From positions 704,001-768,000 of the forward strand of contig CAWBKB010000003.1 in NCBI GenBank assembly GCA_963789265.1: a DNA stretch of 64,000 bases, given 5' to 3'. The translations under genes were made by a program, and so were the position numbers. Shown one piece after another: positions 1 through 10,856 of the stretch; the first letter of the stretch is position 1, and the number at the start of each line of letters is the position of its first letter. The stretch is from an uncultured delta proteobacterium. GTDB taxonomy: Bacteria > Desulfobacterota > Desulfomonilia > Desulfomonilales > Desulfomonilaceae. The notes under the pieces were generated by a model that did no database searches, had not been told where the DNA came from, and was given only the letters and a program-made list of their open reading frames with translations.

Positions 1-441
1 GCGAGATTCCGTGCGCCTGTCTGTAGACTTTCGAGGTGTGTTTGTTTCAATCTCAATGTTTCACCCTATAACACTCCCATTCCGAAAAATAAATGCGGTC
101 AAGGTTCGAGCATTACCAGGCGCGGGCAAGAGCCTTTTCCCCAAACAAAATATCTCAGGATGCGCGCACCGGGCGGCTTACACGGTTCCATCCCACCCTT
201 GGTTTAAAGATGGGGCAGCCGCCTCCGAACAGTCAGCCTCATTCCAAAAATGTTTTCACAAGATTGTTGCGTTTTCAAAATGCTTCTAATAGGATTTTTG
301 CCGAGGCTTGGCAAGCGGGCTGTCATAGTCCGGCTGGAAGTTTGGAGTTCAGTTTGGCTCCGATCGCTCGTTGCAGCGTCATGCCGAATGAAAAACTGAA
401 GTCATGAACGCGGCCGGACCAAGGGGGCAAGGAGATCGAGA

Positions 442-618
442 ATGGAACTTACTGAAGCTCTGGTAAGTGGGACCCGTGACGAAATAATTGAGATCACCCT
501 CTCGGGAGATGAGGATGAATGGAGTGAAATCGCAGCAGTGCTCAAAGAGTCTGATTCAGACCTGGCGACGGAATTGGGTCTGAAAATCAGAGAAGCACTT
601 CGGAATGCCGGCCAGTAG
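442..618 (+). CDS. small acidic hypothetical protein (58 aa, below ORF-track cutoff)
   Basis: AAGGAG RBS at 429-434, ATG 442, open frame MELTEALVSGTRDEIIEITLSGDEDEWSEIAAVLKESDSDLATELGLKIREALRNAGQ, TAG 616-618. Confidence 0.6.
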   Translation: MELTEALVSGTRDEIIEITLSGDEDEWSEIAAVLKESDSDLATELGLKIREALRNAGQ

Positions 619-705
619 TAGGCCCTGCCGAAACGCTCATCGGCTCGAACCGCTACAGATGCAGAATCGGTCGCATCAGACGAATCGAGGAGCCAGAAAT
701 GCCGG

Positions 706-1681
706 CTAGCCCTGCGGGGTCCCAGTCGACCGACACTCGACAACATGCGCCTCGGACCCGGAACTCTGGGGCTTGCGCGCTTCTGAATCCTGATCTGAAT
801 GAAAGACCCCTGAAGACATGAGCTTCTCAACAACCTCGCCTGCCCTGTAAGAACTTCTTACTAAAGGCCCGGCAAAAACTTCCGTCATTCCAGCAGCTAC
901 TGCCAGCTCTTTTAGGTCTTCAAACTCTTCGGGCGGGACAAATCGGCGGACCGGATGATGGTAAACTGTGGGCTGAAGATATTGTCCGATCGTCAACACC
1001 ACGCATCGTACTTCGACCAAATCCCTCACAACGGCCATTATCTCTTCTCGGGTTTCACCTACACCAACCATTATGCCCGATTTGGTCACTGTGCTCTCTC
1101 CCCACTGACCAACGCGCCTGAGCAATTCCAAGGACCTCTCGTATGATGATCCTTGCCGCAATATGGGGTAGAGCCGCGGTACACGTCTCCAGGTTGTGCC
1201 CTATGACGTCCGGCCTGGAGTCGATAACAGTCCGCAGAGCCTCCTCCGAACCCATAAAGTCCGGGATCAGTACTTCAACCGTAGTGCGGTTTGAGAACTT
1301 CCGGATAGCGAGCACGGTTTCTGAGAATACTGAAGAGCCGCCGTCGGGTAGGTCATCCCTTGTCACTGAGGTTACCACCACGTGACGAAGAGCAAGGGAT
1401 GCGACTGAACCGGCCACAAGCTCCGGTTCACCTTCGCTCAGAGCGGCGGGTTTTCCGTGCGTTACCGCGCAAAAACCGCAATTTCGAGTGCATTTGTCAC
1501 CGAGTATAAGGAATGTCGCGGCCCCTCTAGCGGCGCATTCGCCCTCATTGGGACAGCGAGCTTCTCGACAAACGGTATGAAGCCCTTTGCCGTACGTTTT
1601 GCTGCGCATACCGGCCACCACGGCCGCGCTGGGCAACGAGCTTTTAATCCAAGGCGGAAATCGGCGCGTAGGCATTTTCAT
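706..1681 (-). CDS. lipA: lipoyl synthase (radical SAM), +1 frameshift near 1184
   Basis: CxxxxCxxxxxC (CREARCPNEGEC), CxxxCxxC (CTRNCGFC), HNLET, TIGQYLQP, GPLVRSSYRA across ORFs 1055..1693 and 706..1161; GAGGA RBS before ATG 1681. Confidence 0.93.
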
Positions 1682-1937
1682 AAGTATCCTCAAGCGCGCA
1701 ATAGCTCACCCCTGTACACCGGACTCAAAGGGTCGATGCTCTTGGACCGCAACCGGGCCATCCATCGCGCCGTTGCGTCACTTCGCACTGCTGCGCTCAA
1801 AAGGTCACGTTTCATTTCGGTGCACAAGTGCCGGATGAACCGGCGCGTATTTGCGAGAAAAGCAACGGATGGAGACCCGTGGGATATATCTGAGCAACAA
1901 TTAGCCGATTAGCGCCGATCCCCTCTATTTGAGCCTC

Positions 1938-2115
1938 AAAAAAATGAAGACCGTCTCCGGTAAGGTATCAAGGGGGGGGAGTCATGATACAAATGGAAGA
2001 CGGCCTTTCGTCCTTAAAAATATCTCTGGTCCGTACAAAAGTCAACCCCTACGAACCGAAAAAGACGTAGGGGTGTTGGATGACTCCCGGGGCCGCACGA
2101 TACCATAGCCGGTTG
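1938..2115 (-). ncRNA. candidate structured sRNA or leader (~180 nt)
   Basis: TTGACA-N16-TATCCT promoter (2148..2121), long bulged hairpin 2027-2105, second hairpin 1949-2005 with C-rich loop followed by U-tract. Confidence 0.5.
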
Positions 2116-2412
2116 GAGACAGGATAGATTATAATAAGGCGTTGTCAACTTATAAAGTTCGATATCTTTTGGGTAGTAAAAATACCTAATCGCGCGGAAC
2201 CGCAGACATGGCCGTGGAACACTACCTGCTTCGTAGCGCAAATCTAATGGTCATGGGAGTGAAAAATTGTCATTATGAGTCCCGCGTGCCGCCGGGAAGT
2301 AGGATGACCACCGAACCGGCCTCCTATCGGACATTACTTCCTTCCGCGAGACCCGGACTCTGCAATGACAATATTTTGCCGCCGGTAACCGAAGGACGGA
2401 CGGCGCACTAAC

Positions 2413-2735
2413 CATTCAGTTGCGTGGGGTAGGCCTTCCGAAACTGTCTCAAAACCGTTCGATGCACGAAATTCGTAGCACGATGCTCCCTTTTCCCGGC
2501 AATGAATTACCGGGCTACTATCTGCGGTCCCTCCGGGACGCTTGCATCTAAGCCCCATCGGGGCGATAGAAAGTAGACCGGCGCTTCAGCGCCGGGCTGA
2601 CATCGTGGCGCGATGCCGGGGATCAAAATAGTTTTGAGACACTTTCTTCCAGCCTGCCTGGGAAAGTCCTGTTCAATGGCGGGCTAGAAAGCTCACCCCA
2701 CGAAGTCACCGGCAAATTCCGGCTGTAACTGAATG
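2413..2735. mobile_element. family-A MITE/REP shell (CATTCAGTT...GTAACTGAATG) interrupted by a family-B MITE
   Basis: Terminal inverted repeats; body matches copies at 50160 and 58530. Confidence 0.75.
2440..2646. mobile_element. family-B MITE (GAAACTGTCTCAAAA...TTTTGAGACACTTTC)
   Basis: 15-bp TIR, flanking TTCC direct repeat (2436-2439 / 2647-2650); internal sequence shared with 40713-40931. Confidence 0.8.
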
Positions 2736-2932
2736 CGTGCCGGCAACTTCAAATGTTCGTTGTGATCCGCCATTCATTAAGGTATCATAATTGGTCCTCC
2801 ATTTTGGGAGGTTGAACGGGGAGCGTCCGGCGTTAGTAACAGACTCTCACCGCGGCCTCCAGTACGACAAGAATGTTTTTTCCGGTTTTCGGCTCTGACA
2901 AGTGCACCGGCTGACCAGAAAGGGGTTTGGTA

Positions 2933-4007
2933 ATGGCGGATTCGTTTTCAATAGGGGTCATTCCTGGAGACGGCACCGGTCCTGAAGTAGTGCGGGAAGG
3001 GAAGAAGGTTCTCTCGACAGCTTCATCTCTTTACGGGTTCAAGCTGAACTTCGTCGAATTCGATCTCGGCGGGCGGCGCTACCTGGAGACTGGCGAGACT
3101 CTTCCAGCTTCGGTCCTCGAGGAACTGAAGAAAGTGGATGCCATTTATCTAGGAGCAATAGGACACCCCGACGTGCCACCGGGCATTCTGGAAAAGGGCA
3201 TTTTGCTCAGGCTTCGATTTGAGTTGGACCAGTACGTGAATCTCAGGCCCGTGAAACTGTATCCATACGTGGACTCCCCTCTCAAGGACAAGGGGCCGAA
3301 CCAGATCGACTTCGTTGTGGTCCGAGAAAATACCGAAGGCTTTTACGTGGGCTCCGGCGGATTCTTCAAGAAGGGGACCCCAGACGAACTGGCGATACAA
3401 GAGTCCATAAACACTCGAAAAGGGATTGAGCGCTTGGTCCGTTATTCGTTCGAGGCAACGCGTGCGAGGGGAAAACGGAAAAAGCTCACCCTTTGTGGCA
3501 AAACCAATGTGCTTACCTATGCCTGGGACCTGTGGCAAAGGATTTTTGAGGAAGTGGCCGGAGAATACCCCGACATCTCGACAGATTACGCCCACGTAGA
3601 CGCTATCTGCATGTGGATGGTCAAGAAACCCTGAATGGTTTGATGTGATCGCTACGGACAACATGTTTGGCGACATCATTAGCGATCTTGGTGCCATGAT
3701 ACAGGGTGGCATGGGCATATCCGCAGGGGGGAATATCAATCCTGAGGGTGTTTCCATGTTCGAGCCTATCGGAGGCTCAGCCCCGAAATATACCGGACAA
3801 AACGTTATAAATCCCCTGGCCGGCATATTGGCCGGGGCTCTGATGTTGCAGACTTTGGGTCGAGCCACCGCGGCCAAAGCCGTAGAAGACGCGGTCGTGA
3901 AGACCCTTCCGAATCTCAGGAGCTTGGCGGCAGGCGGCATGGGGTACTCGACTTCTGAGGTGGGAGACATGGTGGTCCGCCATCTGGGGGGGCCTATAAA
4001 CCGGTGA
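2933..4007 (+). CDS. leuB: 3-isopropylmalate dehydrogenase, +1 frameshift near 3627
   Basis: IGVIPGDGTGPEV, NLRP, VVRENTEG, KTNVL, DNMFGDIISD, FEPIGGSAP; removing one A gives K-N-P-E-W-F-D-V-I. Confidence 0.9.
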
Positions 4008-4191
4008 TGCATGTTGTATAGGCAACTTTCACTCCAAATGGTTATATTGTCTTCATGGGAGTGAAGCTTGGCCTTACAGGATTAGGACAGAGAACTTCTT
4101 CCGGGGTCCCTTGGCGTTTCTTTTCAAAGATTATTGATTCTCAAGTAACCTTGCTTAGTGCTGTCTTGCGACAGTGTCCGATAAGGTCCCG

Positions 4192-5862
4192 ATGTCTGAC
4201 GATCTGATTCCGAAATTGAGAGTGCTTCCTCTAGGGGGACTGGGAGAAATCGGCCTGAACATGATGGTCGTCGCTCTGGGCAAAGAGGCATTCATCATTG
4301 ATACGGGATTAATGTTCCCCGACGAATCCATGCCGGGCGTGGACATTGTCATCCCCGACCTGGAAGCCGTGATCAGGCGAGATTGGAACATCCGGGGGAT
4401 TGTTCTCACCCACGGTCATGAGGACCATATTGGCGCGCTCCCCTACGTTCTGAAAAAAATCCCTGCTCCTGTTTATGCCACAGGGCTAACAATGGGACTG
4501 ATTGAGAGCAAACTTGACGAATTCGGTCTCATGGGTAGCGGTCCTAGACACATAGTCTCAGCGGACAGCGTCATACATCTGGGGCCGTTTAAGATAGGTT
4601 TCTTCGCAATGTGCCACTCGGTGGCGGATGGCGTGGGCTTGGCCGTTACTACACCTGCGGGTGTGATCATTCACTCCGGCGACTTCAAACTGGATCCCAC
4701 CCCGATAGACGGACGACTGTGCGATCTGGAGAAGATCGCACAGTATGCGCGCGACGGCGTGCTGGCACTATTCTCGGACAGCACCAATGTGGAAAGGACG
4801 GGGAGCACTCTGTCGGAAAGCATGATCCGTCCGGCCTTCGAGACCATTTTCAGGGAGGCAGGGGGCCGGATACTCATCGCGACTTTCTCCTCAAACATCC
4901 ACCGTATTCAGCAGGTGCTGCAGCTTGCGCAAGAATTCGGTCGCAAGGTAGTTCTCGTCGGACGGTCAATGGAAGCCAACGCCAAGATTGCAGCGGACCG
5001 TGGGTATCTTGATATTCCCAACGGAATACTGGTGGACATGAAGGATGTGGAGAGCCTGCCGGACGAGAAAGTCACTGTTCTCTCCACCGGCTCTCAGGGG
5101 GAACCTATGTCCGCCCTCGCCCTGATGGCCTTTGACCGCCACAAGTACCTGAAGGTCAAACCGGGCGACGTGGTAGTGCTTTCATCTAGGTTCATTCCCG
5201 GGAATGAGAGAGCCATCACGCACATCATCAATGAATTTTCCAGGCGGGGCGCTCGTGTGATGTACGAGAAAGTATCCGACGTCCACGTATCCGGGCATGC
5301 TAGTGAAGAAGAATTACGTTATCTTATACGCCTGGTTCATCCAAAGTGTTTCATACCGATTCACGGCGAGTACAGGCACCTGTTGCGGCACGCACATATT
5401 GCAATTGAAGAAGGTATACCAGCCGAACGGGTCCTCGTAGCGCAGGACGGAGATCTCGTAGAGATTACACTCGAAGGTGCGCGGGTGATTGAACAGCTCG
5501 AAGTGGGCCGTGTCTTTGTGCATGGGAAAGGCGTGGGGGATATAGGGCACGATGTTCTACGGGATCGGCGTACTCTTTCCGAGGTGGGTCTCGTTACGGT
5601 CGTGTTAGCAGTCAACAAAGAGACTGGAGCGATGATTGCGGGCCCGGAGATTCATTCGCGCGGTGTTACTTTCGATGAAGTGGAACCGGAATTGCTTGAA
5701 GGAGTTCGTATTGAGATCGAAGTGAGGTTAGCCGAGTTGAATCCCAGCACTCCCGAAGACTGGAAAAATTCAAAAGAGCAGATCCGACTTGCTGCTCGGA
5801 GACACATAAATAGAATTCTGGGCCGCAAACCGCTTGTTCAGACCATCGTCCTCGAGGTCTAA
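4192..5862 (+). CDS. rnj: ribonuclease J (metallo-beta-lactamase/beta-CASP)
   Basis: LPLGGLGEIGLN, THGHEDHIG, SGDFK, DSTN, TGSQGEPM, VHVSGH. Confidence 0.95.
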   Translation: MSDDLIPKLRVLPLGGLGEIGLNMMVVALGKEAFIIDTGLMFPDESMPGVDIVIPDLEAVIRRDWNIRGIVLTHGHEDHIGALPYVLKKIPAPVYATGLTMGLIESKLDEFGLMGSGPRHIVSADSVIHLGPFKIGFFAMCHSVADGVGLAVTTPAGVIIHSGDFKLDPTPIDGRLCDLEKIAQYARDGVLALFSDSTNVERTGSTLSESMIRPAFETIFREAGGRILIATFSSNIHRIQQVLQLAQEFGRKVVLVGRSMEANAKIAADRGYLDIPNGILVDMKDVESLPDEKVTVLSTGSQGEPMSALALMAFDRHKYLKVKPGDVVVLSSRFIPGNERAITHIINEFSRRGARVMYEKVSDVHVSGHASEEELRYLIRLVHPKCFIPIHGEYRHLLRHAHIAIEEGIPAERVLVAQDGDLVEITLEGARVIEQLEVGRVFVHGKGVGDIGHDVLRDRRTLSEVGLVTVVLAVNKETGAMIAGPEIHSRGVTFDEVEPELLEGVRIEIEVRLAELNPSTPEDWKNSKEQIRLAARRHINRILGRKPLVQTIVLEV

Positions 5863-6053
5863 TTCCCAGTGCAATTTCTCAATTCTTGCAAGTGAAAACC
5901 GGCCCGCCGTCACGGAAAGATGGGGGCGGGTCTAAAATCCACTCATACCCTTTGGTTTAAAGTTTTGTAAAATTGGTGAGCCACGGGCTGCCAGTTGTCT
6001 TTCTCAGCGCAGAACCGCGATTTCGCCTCGGCATCGCGAGCCGAGGTGCAGAC

Positions 6054-6095
6054 GCAAAAAAAACCCCCACCTCTACGGCCGGGGGCCTTTTTTGC
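6054..6095. terminator. probable bidirectional intrinsic terminator
   Basis: A-run, CCCCC...GGGGG stem, T-run between convergent rnj and the 6200-6557 gene. Confidence 0.55.
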
Positions 6096-6199
6096 AGCTT
6101 GTCTCTCAACAGTCTTTCTCAAGCGAAGACTTTACCTTTATATTACCAGGTCAGCGCTCGACTCAAATAGAGCCCAAGTAGAGAACCCTAGCCGTCACC

Positions 6200-6557
6200 T
6201 CACCAGCAGAAATGTGGACAGGGTTTGGGCTTAGAAGGCACCGGTGTCCACGTCACTTTTTCGGTACGAACATACTTTTGCTTGGAAAGTACGCCGCAAG
6301 TCCATGAACCCTCCCAACTTACAAGGGGCGCGCACGGAGAGCAACTGACTGGGCATGCTCCTTTGGCTTTTCCAGTGCAAAAAGGTATCACCCTGGGTTT
6401 CTCCATTACTTTCGGTATGACTTCTGTGATGGGTGCCGGTGGCTTAGGCTTACATACGGGTGGCTTACACACGGGCTTGTAGCACCCCGCCATAGCAGTC
6501 CCCATGGCAGCCAGCGCAAATGCAAGAAACTAACAGCAAGATCAACCACTTCTTCAT
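6200..6557 (-). CDS. small secreted Cys/Pro-rich protein, +1 frameshift near 6528
   Basis: AGGAGG RBS, MKKWLILLLV then (one T removed) LAFALAAMGTAMA-GCYKPVCKPPVCKPKPP...CPHFCW. Confidence 0.75.
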
Positions 6558-6913
6558 CCTAAACCCTCCTAAAATCAAGCATTCTCTACTGCAAACCCTG
6601 CTATTCCAAGGTATTGCCTACCGTAGCACGCCTCTCTCGCGGTTGTCAAGCGAAATTGCGAGGAAGCGGATGGGCGGCGAAAAAACGCCGAGGTTCGCCG
6701 CGTTGGCGTAGGATTCACTAGCAGCCACTCCTCCTACACACGTGAGTAATGGGTAGACCAATTCTCTGTACAATGCAAGACAAATCGTGCCGGTGATTTA
6801 ATCTTTCCTTACGTTGGGGAATGTCGCCCTTGGAGGAGCTACTTCATTGGCCTCGGCCGGGCCTGTGTTCGCTTACGGCGATTGGGGCTACCCAAATTCT
6901 GCACCGAGCAATG

Positions 6914-7183
6914 TCAGTATTGGCGCCGCGTGTATACTATGGGTTGCCGCGCTCGACTCTTTATAGTTCGGTGTGTGAAGAAAACGGCCATCCCGGAGCA
7001 TATCAGTCCACAAGTTATCGCAATTGCCAGAAGATGGTTGCTTATGGCCGACTCTGCACCCATGCCGCGCAGGATTACATATAGGACTATGAGCCCGACC
7101 GCGACACAGACGATTGAAAAATAAAGATGGCCCAAAAAAATCTTCAGGAGCTCCATTATCTCCGCCCATTGACTGTTATCCAA
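6914..7183 (-). CDS. small membrane protein (two hydrophobic segments)
   Basis: 89 aa ORF with two TM-like stretches and a basic C-tail. Confidence 0.55.
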   Translation of the reverse strand: MDNSQWAEIMELLKIFLGHLYFSIVCVAVGLIVLYVILRGMGAESAISNHLLAIAITCGLICSGMAVFFTHRTIKSRARQPIVYTRRQY

Positions 7184-7361
7184 TGCTATTTTTGTTTACA
7201 CGGCCTTTTGTGTCAAGCCTGACTAACCGTTCAAGCCCATAGGCTGGTGCACGAATTTCCTTCTCGGATGGAAAGGGGCTTGAGAAGCACTGCCTTTTTG
7301 TAGTAGGAATTTTCAAGGTCCCGCGTCGCCAATCCTGACTGACAGGAGGCGAAAACTTTTG

Positions 7362-8549
7362 ATGGAGCAAATAGTGGAGCAAATGCCTTTTTATGATGAA
7401 AACGACGATGGGCTTCACGTCCCTTTGCTTGATCTCGATCCTATACACCGGCCTATCGAAACGCAGCTAAGAGAGGCTATCACCCGCGTTCTAAACAGCA
7501 ATCGCTTTGTAGGCGGTCCTGAGGTCGAAAATTTTGAGCATGAGATCGCAGCCTATTGCGGCGCAGATTATGCCGTAGGCGTCTCATCGGGAACCGACGC
7601 GCTCCTCGCGTCTCTCATGGCTTTTGACATCGGCTTCGGAGACGAGGTGATCGTACCGAGTTTCACCTTTTTCGCGACAGCCGGCTCTGTTCACAGACTG
7701 GGGGCGAGAATAGTCTTCTGCGACATTGAACCTGAAACGTTTAACCTCGACCCAAACAGACTTGATGAGCTGATCACACCCCGGACCAAGGCAGTAGTCC
7801 CTGTTCATCTCTTTGGTCTGTGTTCGAACATGGACGCAATTATGCAAATTTGTCGCGGCTGCGGCCTCAAGGTGATCGAGGACGCGGCCCAAGCCATAGG
7901 GGCTACATATCGTGGTAAGATGGCCGGCGTGATGGGGGATACCGGATGCTTCTCCTTCTTTCCCTCAAAGAACCTGGGCGGCATTGGCGATGGCGGCCTC
8001 ATCCTGACTCAGGATCGAGATCTTGCAGAAAAACTGCGCAGACTCCGCGACCATGGGGCAGAGCAGAGATACTACCACTCAATTGCAGGCGGTAACTTTC
8101 GGTTGGATGCAATTCAGGCCGCAGCCTTGAGAGTGAAACTCCCATGCCTTGAAGAATGGCATCAGCAGAGGAGGGACAATGCCAGGGCCTATTCCGAAGC
8201 CTTTTCCGACCTTGAAAAGAATGAATTGATCGGTCTTCCTCACGAAGTCCACGATCAAAGACATGTGTTCAACCAATTCGTGATAAGAGTTTCGCACCGC
8301 GATGAGCTCAAGGACTACTTGAAGTCGCACTTTATAGATATTGGCATCTACTACCCTGTCCCTCTGCATTTGCAGAATTGCTTCGCCGCGCTGGGGTATG
8401 GATTGGGCAGCATGCCTGAAAGTGAGAAAGCGTCCCGGGAAGTGTTGGCTCTCCCCGTCTTTCCCGGCCTGACGATTGCCCAGAGGAACAAGGTTATTCA
8501 TTATGTAAGAAAGTTTCTTTTGAGAAGACCGCGCGCGAAGACTGAGTAA
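7362..8549 (+). CDS. DegT/DnrJ/EryC1/StrS PLP-dependent aminotransferase
   Basis: SSGTDAL, EDAAQAIG, SFFPSKNLGGIGDGG, NFRLDAIQAA, YYPVPLHLQ; AGGAGG RBS. Confidence 0.93.
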   Translation: MEQIVEQMPFYDENDDGLHVPLLDLDPIHRPIETQLREAITRVLNSNRFVGGPEVENFEHEIAAYCGADYAVGVSSGTDALLASLMAFDIGFGDEVIVPSFTFFATAGSVHRLGARIVFCDIEPETFNLDPNRLDELITPRTKAVVPVHLFGLCSNMDAIMQICRGCGLKVIEDAAQAIGATYRGKMAGVMGDTGCFSFFPSKNLGGIGDGGLILTQDRDLAEKLRRLRDHGAEQRYYHSIAGGNFRLDAIQAAALRVKLPCLEEWHQQRRDNARAYSEAFSDLEKNELIGLPHEVHDQRHVFNQFVIRVSHRDELKDYLKSHFIDIGIYYPVPLHLQNCFAALGYGLGSMPESEKASREVLALPVFPGLTIAQRNKVIHYVRKFLLRRPRAKTE

Positions 8550-8687
8550 CCGGTCGATGCCCCACGGAGAGAAACGTCCTATGGAGACTGGGGCGGGAAG
8601 CCTGCTTTGACTCTCGCGCCAAAACCACCATCAACCTCGTCCGGCGACAATTAGGTTCACAGGGATGAACAGAGTAAGAAGGCGGCC

Positions 8688-9413
8688 GTGACAATCGAGA
8701 TACGGAATCGTTTTAGTCATGAGATAATTCTGAAAGGCGAAGCAAACTCTCTAAACGCGCTTCTCCGTGCCGTCCTCAAGCCGGGAACCAGCCTTTCCGG
8801 AGCCAACTTCGCCGGCGCGAACCTTGTCGGGGCCACATTTACAAAGATCGATCTTTCCGCTTCCAATCTCTCCGGCGCGAATTTAACCAAGGCCGATCTT
8901 TCTAAGGCTCGCCTGGCTTCCACTAATTTGACACGCGTTATCCTCACGGGTGCGATCTTGGCGGGGGCGGACCTGACCGAAGCCAATTTGACCGGTGCAG
9001 AACTGATTTTAGCGGACCTAGTAGAAGCCTCGCTGGTAAATGCGGATCTTTATTGGACGAACCTGACCGGCGCCAATCTGACCCGCGCGGACCTTTCTCA
9101 GACCAACCTGGCAAAAAGCAATCTTACAATGGCGAATCTCACGGGAGCAGACATGTTTTGGGCCGATCTCGCGGGCTCAAATCTTACTATGGCAAATCTC
9201 AACAGGGCCGTTTTGACCGTGGCAAATCTATCCAGGGCAAATCTGACAATGGCTGACCTGTCGGGTGCCACTCTTGCGGGGGCGGATCTTGGGGGCGCGG
9301 ACCTCACTGAAGCGATTTTGATCGGCACAGACCTCACCGAAGCAAACCTGCGCGGCGCCAATCTGAACGGGACTAATCTCACCGGAACCGATTTGGGTAA
9401 GGCCAAGCGATAA
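8688..9413 (+). CDS. pentapeptide repeat protein
   Basis: About 40 tandem A[ND]Lxx repeats after a short N-terminal domain. Confidence 0.92.
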   Translation: MTIEIRNRFSHEIILKGEANSLNALLRAVLKPGTSLSGANFAGANLVGATFTKIDLSASNLSGANLTKADLSKARLASTNLTRVILTGAILAGADLTEANLTGAELILADLVEASLVNADLYWTNLTGANLTRADLSQTNLAKSNLTMANLTGADMFWADLAGSNLTMANLNRAVLTVANLSRANLTMADLSGATLAGADLGGADLTEAILIGTDLTEANLRGANLNGTNLTGTDLGKAKR

Positions 9414-9586
9414 TCTAGATCTCACCTCGCTCAAAATACTCTGAATCAAAAGCGCCCCTTCCGCTAGGCAGAGTATGCTTGAGCGGTATTCATATAAGAA
9501 GCTAGAGCACTCATGGCATGTTCAGAGGTAAAACTTTTTCGCATCAATTGGTACGGGGGCATCAGCCTAATCGGTAAATTAGTTGA

Positions 9587-10519
9587 TCAGAAAAAACTGG
9601 AAAACTCGAGCAAAACGACTCCACCGACTGTCCAAGATCGGATATCAACGGCCCACGAGACGGACTCTGTTGTCGAACCCGAAAGATTTTGATCGTCGGT
9701 TCTCACTCTCAACCAATTCCATTTTGCAAATCCACCAATCTGGACGTCACCTCTGAGCTTAATCCGATAGTCTGCCAAGGTCTCCACAAAAGAACTATTA
9801 GAATTGACGCGGAAATCCCCGAACTCAGCATAACCGAGCCGATCCCAAAAATGATATCTTAGCTGGCCACGCACTAACGGCGAGTACAATAATCGAACGA
9901 GGAGCGAACCTACAAGGAAAGGCTGCTTAATCTGGGCTCCGACAAGTGCCATATATGAATTGAGGATGTAGTCGTCACTCGTGTGATCACTGTAGTCGAC
10001 CCTTGTACTTGTATGATCCCATCGCACGCCGGCCAGAAAGTCAATCGGACCCGAGACGCGGCCTTCTACCAAGCCGTCTACAAACCACCAGTCATAGGAC
10101 GGTATGTTAAAGTCGAACGAACGAGAGAGAGGAGTTGTATACCAGGTTCCAGAGGTCTGCCCAGGGAAGAAGACACCTCCCGAAACAAGGAGACCAAGAC
10201 CCTGATCGAGAGGGACTTCTTCCGTGGCCTCCAGCCAAAAGCCTTTGAGCGACCAGGGCGCTGTTCCTGTAGAGGTTCGACGCTGAAGTGCCCAGGTACT
10301 GTCTCGGGGGTGGTCTAGCCACCCAAAGTACATGGACGGCATACTCAGCAAACCCGGCCCAGTGCAGGCTCGGCAAGATGTCCCGGTGGGATAGAGCAAC
10401 GGAAAGTGGCCAAGTCCTAGGGCTGTGCCGTCGCCGACGAAACCTTGTGCCACCGGCCCCACACACAGGCCCCACCACACCACCAGAGATACGAAGACAA
10501 AACGGAACTTACTCACCAA
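9587..10519 (-). CDS. putative outer-membrane beta-barrel protein
   Basis: Signal-peptide-like N-terminus, aromatic-rich alternating strands, C-terminal Phe. Confidence 0.65.
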   Translation of the reverse strand: MVSKFRFVFVSLVVWWGLCVGPVAQGFVGDGTALGLGHFPLLYPTGTSCRACTGPGLLSMPSMYFGWLDHPRDSTWALQRRTSTGTAPWSLKGFWLEATEEVPLDQGLGLLVSGGVFFPGQTSGTWYTTPLSRSFDFNIPSYDWWFVDGLVEGRVSGPIDFLAGVRWDHTSTRVDYSDHTSDDYILNSYMALVGAQIKQPFLVGSLLVRLLYSPLVRGQLRYHFWDRLGYAEFGDFRVNSNSSFVETLADYRIKLRGDVQIGGFAKWNWLRVRTDDQNLSGSTTESVSWAVDIRSWTVGGVVLLEFSSFF

Positions 10520-10856
10520 GACCTCCCATTGATGCCCGCAACGGAGCCCACACCTTTCAATCCGGATGTCAGCGTTTCATCTCAATTTTTACTGTCTGGA
10601 ATTGTTATATGTTGTTTACTGGAGATTTGTCGTCGTGACAACATTTATTCTACCTGAGCTGGAAATCTACAGTAACCAGTTTAAATGGCTCCACAGTCTC
10701 CGATGCCGTTTATTCTTGATTCAGTAAAGTAGGTGGAATAATAATATCTGCCAGAATGGAGTTCAGTGCTCTAGCCGCAGATGATTCCGTTTGTCCTAAC
10801 CGAAGGGGTATCGAATTGTATTAAGACAACTCTACCAGGGCCAGGGAGGTGATTTC

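Noticed and set aside
3632..3634. TGA ending the first leuB ORF as possible selenocysteine
   Set aside because: The downstream half is in a different frame; deleting one A restores K-N-P-E-W. This is a frameshift, not recoding.
5890..5940. GAAA and GGGTCTAA motifs reminiscent of a c-di-GMP-I riboswitch
   Set aside because: Lacks the GCAAA elements and two-stem layout; folds as a single hairpin just after the rnj stop.
8780..9400. 15-bp periodic DNA repeats
   Set aside because: Fully explained by the pentapeptide-repeat protein.
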